Positions 9,942-20,133 of a stretch of DNA of 64,000 nucleotides are shown here, piece by piece. The DNA lies in IMG/VR virus record IMGVR_UViG_3300028783_000001, positions 104,738 to 168,737 of that record; one strand, written 5' to 3'. The notes beneath the pieces were generated by a model. The model was not told where the DNA came from. It saw only the letters and a program-made list of their open reading frames with translations, and ran no database searches. Source of the stretch: a virus. Each line of letters begins with the position of its first letter. Positions within the stretch are counted from its first letter, which is position 1. A program made the position numbers and the translations under genes.

Positions 9942-12900
9942 TCACGATAGGATTGTTAGGGCGAGCGACGTTGCACCAGCCTGTAGGCACGACGCGATGT
10001 CTGCTATACTAATGTCACCAACACCAACACCGCGTGAGGAATCAGCACTACTCGCCTTACCCTCCGACTCATTGTTTGGTGCAGGCGGTGATTGATTTGA
10101 TTCCGCGAGCGACGACGGCTCGGTATCTCCCCCACCACCGCCCGACGCCGATGCTGAAGCTGTAGGAGTTGTTGTTGTAGTCGGAGTGGGCGTAGGTGCA
10201 GACGATGCGCTGGATGTAGGTGTAGCTGCCGCGCTCGGAGTGTTTGAGTTCCCCGCCGTAGCATCTGATGGTGTAGTTGCCGACGGTGCAGAGGTCGTGC
10301 TAGAGGCCGTAGCTGTTGCGGCCGCAGGCGCAGGTGTAGCTGTAGCAGGCTCTGCACTAGCAGCTGGTGTAGTTGTGTTAGATACGTTTGCTTGCGTAGG
10401 CGTATCTGAAGAGGCAACGTCCTTAGTTGCGGGCGTAGCTGAATTTCCCCCAGCTGCCATGTTTGCTGGTGTGCCGCCCCACGTGGGATCAGCAGGGTCC
10501 GCCGCGCTCGCCTTGTTCACCGACTTAGTTGTTGCATTTGGTGCGGCCGGCTGCGCTGGTGTAGCCTGGCCCTGCTGTCCGTTGGTTGGTGTAGAACCAT
10601 CCGACTTCCCAGATTTTGCTGGTGCAGCTGGATTCTGAGATGGGTCTGCATTCTTATTTCCAGAGGAGAATGCTGGGTCGAGACTGGCATTTCCGGTATC
10701 GTTTAAGCGGTGCAGGGTGTAGTTGTCGTAACCCGGTAGAATTTTGGACTGCTTTCCATCGGATACCCAAGTTCCATTTCCGATGTAAGTCTGGATATGA
10801 CCCTTTCCACTAGCATGCCCACCAGATGCAGAGACGACGTCACCAACCTTCCACTGTGACTGGTCGTGCATGTAATCCTTACCGATTGGCTGTGCATCTG
10901 CATACTTACCGCTCTTTTGCAACACACCATTGTTTGCATAGGCGTCGGCGTCACCACTGTGAGAAAACTTGGTTCCACCTGTCATGGCGGAGGCCGCACT
11001 CAGTGCTCCCTGAACGCAACCGCCGCGCATGCTCTTAGTTCCCTCCGCACCGTAGCTTGGACGCTTGGTTCCCTCAGCCCAGTCACGCTTTGCGATGTCC
11101 TTAGCGTTTGCGAGCATGGCCTCCTGGGCCTTGGGATCAATCTTTCCCTGCGGCGTCGACGCCGCTGGTTGCGCCGGCGCACCAGTCTTAGGGTCCCACG
11201 ATGAGGATGCACCAGCACCACCGGCTGATCCTCCACCAGGCTTTACACCAACCCCATGTGGTGAGGATGAAACAGCCTTTGATCCATCAGGATTGTCTGC
11301 TAGCTTGCTGTAATAGTCGCCATACTTTCCTGCTAGTGCGCCGCGCTCGCGACTATTTTGACCACCTGGCATGCGGTCTCGCGCACGCTCCCAGTGCTGA
11401 AGCCACCAGTCTGATTTCTGTTGCGACGTTCCCTTACCGTTTTTAAACTCCTCCATCTCCTTGGGAGATACCTTCGATAGGCTAGATGGCTCGTGGTTTA
11501 GGGCATAGTCGACCTGGACCTTGTGGTCATATGGATTCAGCTTGTTCTGTGCAGCGTAGTTTTTAAACGCATCCTGGCGGTCACCGTTTAACTGGAACAG
11601 GCCAAAACTACGCTCACCATGATTATTCTCAGCACTACTCTTGAACCCTTGGCTCTCGACATTAGCGTTGCCGGCAAGAGCGGCAGCAGCCGCGTGGTTG
11701 GCCCCAGACGACCGAGCAGCGTTCATTACCATTGCGGCGCGCTGGTAGTTTTCTGCAGAATAATTGGATGTGCCTCTTGCCCAGTTAATCTTGGTAGGGT
11801 CTCCTGGAACCTGCTTTCCCCCACCCTGGTCTGGGGCGGCGGTCGACCCTGCTGGTGTAAGTGTTCCTTCCTGACGTGGGAGGTCAAGTGCACCACCTTG
11901 CTGCATGAATGCTGGCGATTGCGGCGTACCACTATAACCACCCTTTGGTGTCGGTGTCTGCGTCGCGTTGTTTTGCTGCGCACCAAACATGTCGGTGGCA
12001 GTAGTGTTCGTTCCAGCCGGACCAAAGCCAAACTGCGCTGGACCTGTTCCAATCGCCGGTTGACCAGGAGTGGGTTTTGTAGGATCGGCTTGTGGGCCTG
12101 GGCCTACATACGCATTGGGTAGCGGAACGGTCGTCAGATCAGGTGGAAGGTTTGGCGACTTTCCCGATGGCGTGTTGGTGTATCCACCAACGCTTGGATG
12201 ATGACGCTGCCCATTAAACCCCTGGGTATTCATCTTTGGTGCCGATGCACCTTCGTTACCACCAGCACCACTCTTGGCGGGCGTCTTCGAGGTAGACTCC
12301 TCACCACCAGTCCCGCCGGCCCACGTTGGCAGCTTAGACAGCACCCACTTCTTCAGCTCGCCTAACCACTCAAGTGCCAGTGACGATAGGTTATGAACGC
12401 TGATCGCTGCACGTAAATTTGTAGATACGGTATCCAGCCACGCGTTTAGGTTTGTCCCTTGCCTCGACATCCATTCGCCAATGATGGTCTTGTATTTGCT
12501 GACCGACGTCTTGATTCCTTCCCACGTCTCCTGGATCATATGACCAGCGATGGATAGTGCCTTGCCGCTGGTCACGCTCTCCCACGCCGACTTAGCACCG
12601 TCTATTACAGACTTCCCAGTATCCGCGATAAAGGATCGTGTCGACTCCCACGAACTGCTAATCTTATCTGTGGCACGGTCCCACACGCGCGTCCAGCCGC
12701 TAACAATCTTAGCACCGACGCGGCCCCAGCTAGTCTTACCGTGCTCCCATATGTCTTGCGTGGTATTTAGTAGCCAGGCCGTTCCCGCACCAGCCGCAGC
12801 ACCAACTACGGCACCTGGAATACCAGCAACCATAAAACCAAACCCACCACCCATCTCTGCGGCGGACAACAGGCTTGTGCGACCAGTCTTACGGTGGCTG

Positions 12901-13370
12901 CTGTAGACTCCGTAGGCACCGTGCGCGGTAGCTAGTGGGGCGGCTATCATGCCAAGGAGCCTACCAGCCTTGCTCAGCAACGGCTTGGCATACTTAGCAA
13001 AGAGCGCACCCTCAGCGAAGTCTAGGATGCTGCTTCCTCCTCCACCTCCACCACCACCACCGGTTGATGCGGTTGCACCATTATCACTAGTTGGGCTACT
13101 AGCGTTTGCCGCAGCGACAGCCTTGGCACGCTCGGAAGGTGCAGCTGGATCCCTGGCTGTTATGGCGGCAGCGGTAGCGGCAGCCTTCTGCCCAGCAAGC
13201 ACCTTCTCGACCGACTTGGTAAGCCGCGTCAGTCGCTGAATAACAGTTCCCACAATCAGCGTTGCACCTACGCTCTTGTTGCTTAGAACAAGAGTCGCCT
13301 CAGTGACCGGGTGCCCCTTGGCCCCCCGGTCTTTCTGCATAAAGGATGCTGCTTGTGATACTGATATCAT
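9942..13370 (-). CDS. tape-measure-like tail protein with phage tail lysozyme and CHAP/NlpC-like domains
   Basis: AALAGNANVES..SFGLFQLNGDR (tail lysozyme); GCVQGA..GDVV..GHIQTYIG (Cys/His amidase); Trp-spaced helical segment. Confidence 0.75.
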   Translation of the reverse strand: MISVSQAASFMQKDRGAKGHPVTEATLVLSNKSVGATLIVGTVIQRLTRLTKSVEKVLAGQKAAATAAAITARDPAAPSERAKAVAAANASSPTSDNGATASTGGGGGGGGGSSILDFAEGALFAKYAKPLLSKAGRLLGMIAAPLATAHGAYGVYSSHRKTGRTSLLSAAEMGGGFGFMVAGIPGAVVGAAAGAGTAWLLNTTQDIWEHGKTSWGRVGAKIVSGWTRVWDRATDKISSSWESTRSFIADTGKSVIDGAKSAWESVTSGKALSIAGHMIQETWEGIKTSVSKYKTIIGEWMSRQGTNLNAWLDTVSTNLRAAISVHNLSSLALEWLGELKKWVLSKLPTWAGGTGGEESTSKTPAKSGAGGNEGASAPKMNTQGFNGQRHHPSVGGYTNTPSGKSPNLPPDLTTVPLPNAYVGPGPQADPTKPTPGQPAIGTGPAQFGFGPAGTNTTATDMFGAQQNNATQTPTPKGGYSGTPQSPAFMQQGGALDLPRQEGTLTPAGSTAAPDQGGGKQVPGDPTKINWARGTSNYSAENYQRAAMVMNAARSSGANHAAAAALAGNANVESQGFKSSAENNHGERSFGLFQLNGDRQDAFKNYAAQNKLNPYDHKVQVDYALNHEPSSLSKVSPKEMEEFKNGKGTSQQKSDWWLQHWERARDRMPGGQNSRERGALAGKYGDYYSKLADNPDGSKAVSSSPHGVGVKPGGGSAGGAGASSSWDPKTGAPAQPAASTPQGKIDPKAQEAMLANAKDIAKRDWAEGTKRPSYGAEGTKSMRGGCVQGALSAASAMTGGTKFSHSGDADAYANNGVLQKSGKYADAQPIGKDYMHDQSQWKVGDVVSASGGHASGKGHIQTYIGNGTWVSDGKQSKILPGYDNYTLHRLNDTGNASLDPAFSSGNKNADPSQNPAAPAKSGKSDGSTPTNGQQGQATPAQPAAPNATTKSVNKASAADPADPTWGGTPANMAAGGNSATPATKDVASSDTPTQANVSNTTTPAASAEPATATPAPAAATATASSTTSAPSATTPSDATAGNSNTPSAAATPTSSASSAPTPTPTTTTTPTASASASGGGGGDTEPSSLAESNQSPPAPNNESEGKASSADSSRGVGVGDISIADIASCLQAGATSLALTILS

Positions 13371-13374
13371 GCCG

Positions 13375-13558
13375 TTAGCGCCTCTTGGGCTTGTTCTTGT
13401 TTGTCAATGCAACGAGCCTCGCCTGTGATAGGTCCGTCTCTAGGATGTTGCTCCAATGCATGAACCACGAGAACGGTATGCCGGTCACTGGTAGCTTCGT
13501 GTGCATCGCCACATTGTACATGCGGTTCAGCACATCCTCAAGGCTAGATATAGGGAAA
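13375..13558 (-). CDS. small tail/hub assembly ORF (gp51- or gpT-like), probably the +1 extension of the upstream chaperone
   Basis: overlaps the end of the upstream ORF in the +1 frame at TTT CCC T; no obvious RBS of its own. Confidence 0.55.
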
Positions 13559-14590
13559 CATGCTAAAGAGGTTGAAGGCCAGTGGCACCTCCTCGGCCTT
13601 AGCTTTTGGAGTTTGTCCTGCATCAATCAAGTCTTGGATGCGCTTGGCCTCTGCCAGCGATGCCTCAGAGTCTGAGTTGCGCAGAAATTCCAACGCAGCT
13701 ACCGGCTCAAACTGGGTATCGATAATGGAGGCAATCTCCTGAAGGCCGAAGTTTTGATACGTCTCAGCAAACTTGTCGATGTCCTCGAAGATTTGAAACT
13801 TGGTACCCCTTCCGATTTCCTGCAGGCGGTTTATACGTGCAGTTACGGTTGGGATGCGATCACCCTTCGACTTCAGCGCTTCAATCTCAGCAGACAGCGG
13901 AGCCGGGTCGATGAACTGCGCCCGGTCAAATAGGTACATCGTGTCCTCTTCGATGGCGTTAATCTCGACGGTTTCTAGGTCACGTGCTGTGGGAACCGCA
14001 AACCCCTTGCTGATATCAGCCAGGTAGTCGGCACGGTTCTTGTCGAGTCGCGTCTCCTTGATGTTCGTGCTGTTGACGTTTACGTCGATTCTGTTTCCAT
14101 ACCAGGAGAGCCATTGCACCTTGACGCTCGTATTTGCGTAGCTGTTGCGGCGGTGCCACAGGCACAGGGCACGGAAGTCGCCAATGGATAGCTCACGCGA
14201 GTCACGGTTGCAGGTGCTGGCGATGACGTCGAGAATCAGTGAGATGTTCTTGTGCCGCACGGCGCGAGCCAGCTTCGCCTGATCCATCGGTTCAAAACGA
14301 CGGACGCTGATGCTAGACCAGTCGTAGAAGATGAAGCTCGATGGCAGGTCTACCTGTTCCCACGACGAGTCTAGCACTACGCCCGATGCATCAAGTGGCG
14401 TAGACTCCTCAGTCGGGTTTGGGTTCTTATCTGGAACCAGCTCGACGTATGCCTGCTGTGGCGGCTGAGCGGCCTTGACAGCTAAGTGCTTACGAAACTC
14501 GGCGTTTGCCTTGTCGCGCTCTGCCTGGATCTCCGCTGCCAACTTGGCATTTGCCGGGCGACCTGGCCTGGGCGTAAATTTTGACGACAT
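13544..14590 (-). CDS. tail/baseplate hub assembly chaperone (gp26-like)
   Basis: VDLPS..FY..ISVRRF and LSIGDFRAL..RRNSY motifs; lies between the tube and tape-measure-like genes. Confidence 0.7.
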   Translation of the reverse strand: MSSKFTPRPGRPANAKLAAEIQAERDKANAEFRKHLAVKAAQPPQQAYVELVPDKNPNPTEESTPLDASGVVLDSSWEQVDLPSSFIFYDWSSISVRRFEPMDQAKLARAVRHKNISLILDVIASTCNRDSRELSIGDFRALCLWHRRNSYANTSVKVQWLSWYGNRIDVNVNSTNIKETRLDKNRADYLADISKGFAVPTARDLETVEINAIEEDTMYLFDRAQFIDPAPLSAEIEALKSKGDRIPTVTARINRLQEIGRGTKFQIFEDIDKFAETYQNFGLQEIASIIDTQFEPVAALEFLRNSDSEASLAEAKRIQDLIDAGQTPKAKAEEVPLAFNLFSMFPYI

Positions 14591-14615
14591 GTTGTATTCC
14601 TCTTACAGGTTTAAA

Positions 14616-15176
14616 TTATCCAGTAACGGTGGTGAAGGTTGGTGTTGCCGTATTACCTAGAGTTAGTACGCCGATTGAATCTACTGCAAACGACACTGTT
14701 GGCATGATATGCTGGGTAGCAGTACCATCGAAGTCGTAACCATCAATTTTCGCAGGCATGCAGTCGGTCCAGGTAAACGTGCAATCTACCGCTCCTGTAT
14801 AGTCGATTGCCTGCAGCGATATCTGCTGCTTATAACCATTGGTTCCACCGGGGAGACCAAATACCCCATTATCAGAGACGACGATGTCAATCCACGAACG
14901 GAACGCAGACGCGACATCGTAGCTGATATCCTCCGCAAACGTCAGTGATATGTTATCGACCGACCAGCCGGTGGGAAAGTGGCGTACACCTGCCTGAAAT
15001 ACGATTGGCTCGACGTCTAGATTCTTCTGAGATGCGGTTATGCGCTGCACCATAAACGATAGCTGTTGCGCCGTTACCTTACTACCAGGTATGGTAGGAA
15101 ACTGCACGATAAAGCGCCACGACGGTGCTGGTGTTACACTCGTATTGATGTTTGTGTAAGATATTCCAGCCATCAT
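14616..15176 (-). CDS. tail tube protein paralogue 2 (gp19-like)
   Basis: WRFIVQF, ISLTFAED, FRSWIDIV, YKQQISL, CMPAKI motifs. Confidence 0.8.
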   Translation of the reverse strand: MMAGISYTNINTSVTPAPSWRFIVQFPTIPGSKVTAQQLSFMVQRITASQKNLDVEPIVFQAGVRHFPTGWSVDNISLTFAEDISYDVASAFRSWIDIVVSDNGVFGLPGGTNGYKQQISLQAIDYTGAVDCTFTWTDCMPAKIDGYDFDGTATQHIMPTVSFAVDSIGVLTLGNTATPTFTTVTG

Positions 15177-15262
15177 ATGACCTCATAGACGCGCAAAACC
15201 GAGCAAGCTGCGCAATGGCAGACTAGCTCGGTCCATACGTGTGTGGTGGTGATTCTGCTCAT
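15173..15262 (-). CDS. possible 29-aa small ORF MSRITTTHVWTELVCHCAACSVLRVYEVI
   Basis: GAAGGGA upstream; stop overlaps the tube ATG (ATGA). Confidence 0.35.
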   Translation of the reverse strand: MSRITTTHVWTELVCHCAACSVLRVYEVI

Positions 15263-15395
15263 GACGGTGCGTCCCTTCTATGGCTGATGCCGATAGTTTT
15301 TCCGACGCAACGTAACTTACAGGTTCACAAGAGGGTTACTGCGTCGAGGTAGTGGATGCATTACTGAATATAGCTGCAAATATGTTTGTAATGGA

Positions 15396-15920
15396 TCATA
15401 TCACTGTGACGCCGTTTAGGCGCATGCGGTCAAACGTAAACGTTACCTGAACGATGAAGGGGTTGGCAGAGGAGCCGTCCAGCTGCGTCTGTGGCTTCTG
15501 GCTGGGCCACAGGTTATCAAACTGGTAGGCGAGGGCAGTCGCGCCTGTGTTGTCGAGCACGTTTAGCGTTCCGACCGTGACGTAACCAGCCTTGGCGGTC
15601 GCGCTGTCCTCAGACTCGGCACCGACGATGTTTTCCATCCACGTGGCGATGGTGCTGCTGACGATCATGTCTGACGTCTCTACAAACGAAACTCCAAGAG
15701 CCTTGTCGTAGACGCGCCGGCCGCGATAGCTAAATTCCATACCGTGGATCTGAAGCAGCATCGGCTCAATGCTCTCTTCAGGAACTACTACCTGTTGGCA
15801 GCGCAACATGAGGTCAGCGTTGGTTCCAGTGCCGCCGATAGGGACGATCAGCAGTTGGAATCGATCTGTCGGGATGATGTCGGGCAGTGCGTTGAATGCC
15901 GAATATGCGATGCCGGCCAT
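15396..15920 (-). CDS. tail tube protein (gp19-like)
   Basis: DRFQL, YRGRRVY, VSFVET, LWPS, VQVTFTFD motifs; follows the sheath gene. Confidence 0.85.
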   Translation of the reverse strand: MAGIAYSAFNALPDIIPTDRFQLLIVPIGGTGTNADLMLRCQQVVVPEESIEPMLLQIHGMEFSYRGRRVYDKALGVSFVETSDMIVSSTIATWMENIVGAESEDSATAKAGYVTVGTLNVLDNTGATALAYQFDNLWPSQKPQTQLDGSSANPFIVQVTFTFDRMRLNGVTVI

Positions 15921-15983
15921 GGTTGTTCTCCTGGTATGGTAGTGGGCTTGGTAGCAAGCCGGATGGCATGATCAAAATTGGTA

Positions 15984-16508
15984 CTATGGATTGCTCTCGG
16001 ATTCCGGTGGGTGAACGATGCACCGCTTGTCGGCCTTCAACATCCATAGGAGTTGTGTGGGTGTAGTGATCTGATCGGCGTCTAGCATGCGGCACCACTT
16101 GACCTTGGGATTGACCAGGGAGCTGATTACCACCATGGAGCATATAAACTCCTTGGCGCAGTGGAGCGGCAACCCAAATAGTATGCCGATGGCAGCCTCG
16201 TCGTCAAATTTGGAACCTACGATACTGAATAGGTAGTTGACCCAGTTGGCGTATTGATCAGCCGTCATGGGCAGGTCAATGAATTGCTGATCGGTGGTTC
16301 CGCTGTTGTACCACTCGTTGTTTGGGTAGTGTTGCACGCCAATGTTTATGATTGACGCAACTATCGTTCCGTCGGAAAGGACTGCCTCGGCGTGGGCGAA
16401 CTGCGCACCCTGCTCCAGGACGATAAACTCTGAAAGCAGATTCTTACGACCTAGTGTAAAGCGAATCCGCGCCGTGTTCTTGGGTGGGATCTTTGCAAAA
16501 AGTGTCAT
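15984..16508 (-). CDS. permuted papain-like (YiiX/YebB-type NlpC/P60) protein
   Basis: His (FAHAE) precedes Cys (FICSMVV); likely start MTLFAK after GAGG. Confidence 0.65.
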   Translation of the reverse strand: MTLFAKIPPKNTARIRFTLGRKNLLSEFIVLEQGAQFAHAEAVLSDGTIVASIINIGVQHYPNNEWYNSGTTDQQFIDLPMTADQYANWVNYLFSIVGSKFDDEAAIGILFGLPLHCAKEFICSMVVISSLVNPKVKWCRMLDADQITTPTQLLWMLKADKRCIVHPPESESNP

Positions 16509-16527
16509 TGCACAATCCTCAGGTAGG

Positions 16528-16551
16528 AGGGGCGGCTTTCTAGCCACCCCT
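16528..16551 (-). terminator. GC-rich hairpin after the sheath gene
   Basis: GGGGTGGCT-AGAA-AGCCGCCCC on the minus strand; no U tract. Confidence 0.45.
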
Positions 16552-16561
16552 TGTGGTCGTA

Positions 16562-19096
16562 CTAGTACATACCATTCGCGGCAGCCATTTCGATGGTGAA
16601 GGTGGCGGACTGACGCGTAACAACCACGTCTAGCTGGATGTACAAGATGCTGAGGGTCGGCTTGATCCACAACGCTACCTTACACACACGCTGGTCGATC
16701 ACTTGAGGCGTGTTGTTCGTCGCGTCGCACTGGACGTAGAAGTCGGTTATCCCCATCGCGTCTTCAATTGGCTGCAGGATCGCATTCTCGACGGTCTGGA
16801 TCGTGTGCCAGGTGAATGGATTGTTGGGCTCAAACACCGAGTAGGCGCAGACGTTTACGGACTCCGTAACTACGATGATGATGAGCCGAACCACCGGCAC
16901 CGACTGAAGCGCACTCATCTCCTGCTGAAGCGTATACTCGCCCCAGATGGTGAAGGCTGCACCAAACTTACGGATACAGTTTACCTGCGCCGCCGACATC
17001 AGGTCGCGATCACCCTCGACGTATGTCACGCGAAGGGCTAGTGCTGTATTGATGAGACCGCGCGTGAGACCGGCTGGGGCCCACCAAGCGGCGGCGACCT
17101 TATCCGTGTAGGCGTATTGACATGCAACCAGTCCACTTGGTGGAACATAGCGGCGCGCGCCCATTTGGGAATCGTAGATCAGGATATCTGGAGAGTAGAT
17201 TGCGCCCCAGAAGCTTGATATGTTCATCACGTTTTGGCGGTAGTTTACAGCCGCTGCTGGAGTCTGCTGATCGGACGGCATGTCCAGAACAGAGATGCAA
17301 TCCATGCGTGCAGCCGCGAGGTTTAGCATACACTGATGCACTTCTGGAGTGGCATAGCCGCCGTTGATCAGGATACGAACTGTGACTTGGTCGGTATTTG
17401 CAAAGTCGGCCCAGCCATTTACGACCTGTGCCGTCGATGGTAGGGAGCCGTCCGATCCACCACCAAGGTAGCATGCGGTGTTTAGCGCGCATACTGGCTG
17501 CGTCGCGGCGTTTACCGTTCCAGAGAATAGTGGATTCACATTCACCTTCACGCGCGGCGAGGCGTTTGCACTGGTATTGATTACATACTCAAACCCAGTA
17601 GGATTGCCGAGACCGTCGATGCCGTTGGCAAAGGTGCAGGAATAGAGTTCTGTCGGCTGAGCAAACGTGAAGCTCTCATAGACCACGAAGTTGAAGCCGT
17701 TGGTGCTCGGCGTGTTGTTTAGTGTTACCGTATAGGTGATGGTAGCTTGTGTCACTCCGAGCGTAACAGCTAGAGCGGAGATGGAGAGTATTGTAGCGGA
17801 GTCTGGGGCAATGAGCGTGACGATGCGGTTACCAGACGTTCCGTTGTTGGCATTTGTTACGGCGGCAGTAGCACCAGGGAACGCTGTGGTGTAGGCTGCG
17901 CAGAGGGCAGTCAGCGTATCATTGTTGGTAGCGTTTGTAGTTCCGTCAAACGTCGCGGAGAATGTGGTGCCATTGATCGTAGCGGTGACCACGTTGTTTA
18001 TTAGCAGAGCACCAGAGAAGCTTAGCTGCACGCGCTGCGGAGTTCCAACGTCGACGTTTGTGATTCCACATGCGATACCAGCTTGGCCGTAGGAATTTCC
18101 CTTGGCCGACCATGATCCTGGATTCTCCGCAACGACAAACGCGAGCCAGTCGGCTTCGTAAATGTTCGAGGTTGGAGCACCCGCGCCGGTAATGACAGCT
18201 GAGATTGTCATTACAATGGCCTCAGGAGAGATTACGCGGATGATGGGATAATTTGTTCCGAGCGGAACTACATAAGCGAGCCCGCCACCGGCGAGACCGT
18301 CGAGCACGGTCTGGATCGACTGGGCTACTGCATTGATGGTCGTGTTGTGATCTGTGGCGAAGTTTACCACCGTACCAGATACGCTGTTGATCGTGATGGT
18401 GCAGACGCTACCGGAGACGAATAGGCCGGTAAACTCGATGTCCTGGACGTCGCGATTGACCTGCGTGTAGTCGTATTGCGACCCCGCTGGCATCGTAGTG
18501 AAGTTTGTGCCGGCTGCATTACCACCAATAGTGTTGTTGCTTAGCAGACCGAGACCGTAGGTAACATCGGCAGATACCACGCGGTCCATCCAAAGGCTAG
18601 TGCTCTCCAACAGGAAGGCGTAGGCCGAGTCTAACATGTAGCCGATCTGTGGGTTTGGCAGACCATACGTCTGAACGCCCTGATTGTAGCTCGATACGAA
18701 GTTTGGACCGATTGGCCCACGCATTGCTGCACCAACGATGGCTCCGATGCTATCATTGACGTAGGATGGCTGTAGGCTGTCGTCGATGATGCGTGGATAG
18801 CAAATGTTCAACGGGGTTCACTACGCCCCACCCGCTCTTTCGAGCTGCTGCATGTTGCCATGCAGATCAGACTATATCACGGTCCTGTAAGGACCCTCTT
18901 CGTTTCGAGCACCAATCGTTTGTGCTCTACTCCCTTGCGGGATAGTCGTTAGAGGTTTTCCGCTTTCCAGACTAGCTGGTAGGCTTCTTTCCTACGGGAT
19001 TGGGTCAGTGACCGTTCCCCGTTTAGAAGAGTTTGCTGAGGTAGTTACCTACTTCAGGCGCCGATCCTTAACGCCGGGTGACACTCTGAAAGTCAT
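16562..19096 (-). CDS. tail sheath protein, join(19071..19096, 16562..18800), 754 aa spliced
   Basis: spliced N-terminus MTFRVSPGVYPRIIDDS is the canonical sheath SPGVY motif; ENPGSW, LGGGSDG, VPPSG, WWAPAG..RG, FEPNN motifs. Confidence 0.95.
18801..19070 (-). ncRNA. group I intron (270 nt, no ORF) in the tail sheath gene
   Basis: 5' exon ends in U (GGCGU) and pairs with intron GCGCC (P1 with U-G); P7 elements AACGACUAU and GAUAUAGUC; terminal G; GGAU can pair with 3' exon AUCC (P10); splicing restores the frame (GT|C = Val). Confidence 0.92.
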
Positions 19097-20133
19097 GAGG
19101 TTGCTCCTTGCTTGGTTAAGCCCATCGCGGAGTATTTCATCCTGACGGATTCGAGAGATGTGGTGTCTATTGGAATGAGAACTGTTCCATGCCTCTTACT
19201 AAATTGGCGGATAGCTACCTCCAACTTAGCTGGCGACATCTCACTACCACCACCTTTATAGTTGTTATCGGCAGAAGAAAGGACCTGAAGGTTTGCTGGG
19301 TGGCATAGCATGCTCCACGGAGTCTGCTTTCCATCATGTGAGTAGCCGTCGGCAACACTAATAATATGATCGACGACGTAACCCTTCGAGTTTAAATCTT
19401 TTGCGTTGCGTATTAGATTGCCGTACTTTGATATCATGACATTAGTATAGTGTCGAACCCTCATGCGATAGGTCGACTTGTCTAACGGCTGGTCCACAAC
19501 AAGTCGGTTTGGATGAATCCACTCAACTCGTACAGGATTTGCGTGTAGCTTACGTCCGTTAGCATAGCTTCGACTCTGCTTAGCCCGCTTGTTATTCCAC
19601 ATTCCATACGCAGTTAGAAGCGACTTGGCCCGTGGACATCCGGCTAGACGTTGAATCTGAATCGAGCTAAGGTCTTTTATCTGGCGTAGGTAGATCATGT
19701 AGTAGATGTTGTACCTATTTGCGCTACGCGACTGCGTCCTAATACCAACTAAGCAATCTGGTGGTATCCATAAACCATCAATTATCCGGTTTAGACGGGC
19801 CGTATTTAGGATTGGCAACTTGCGCGAGGGCCTTACCACTAAGTTGTTACTGACTAGTACATTCTGGATCTTATAAGCAACCTCGCGAGCACCGAATCCA
19901 CAGGGAACACCGACCCTAGTTAGTGCAATATGTGGTGGGTCTCCTAGAACCATTCGTCGCGTAATATAGGCAAGCTCGTCATAGGACATAAGCTGAGAGG
20001 TAGATTGTTGTGGCAATTCCGTCTGTACCGTATTTGCCCACTCAAGTACCATGTCTATTGACACTCCCTTCAATGCGAGGGAATGTCTACACCAACGATC
20101 TGGATGCTTGATTGGATCGACCCTGAACTTCAT
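19093..20133 (-). CDS. free-standing HNH homing endonuclease
   Basis: VVDHIISVADGY..CHPANLQVL..NNYK; AT-richer than flanks; ATGA overlaps at both ends. Confidence 0.8.
   Translation of the reverse strand: MKFRVDPIKHPDRWCRHSLALKGVSIDMVLEWANTVQTELPQQSTSQLMSYDELAYITRRMVLGDPPHIALTRVGVPCGFGAREVAYKIQNVLVSNNLVVRPSRKLPILNTARLNRIIDGLWIPPDCLVGIRTQSRSANRYNIYYMIYLRQIKDLSSIQIQRLAGCPRAKSLLTAYGMWNNKRAKQSRSYANGRKLHANPVRVEWIHPNRLVVDQPLDKSTYRMRVRHYTNVMISKYGNLIRNAKDLNSKGYVVDHIISVADGYSHDGKQTPWSMLCHPANLQVLSSADNNYKGGGSEMSPAKLEVAIRQFSKRHGTVLIPIDTTSLESVRMKYSAMGLTKQGATS

Noticed and set aside
16562-18811. ORF-track sheath start MNICYPR at TTG 18811
   Set aside because: The first codons lie inside the group I intron; the spliced MTFRVSPGVY start has an RBS and the canonical motif.
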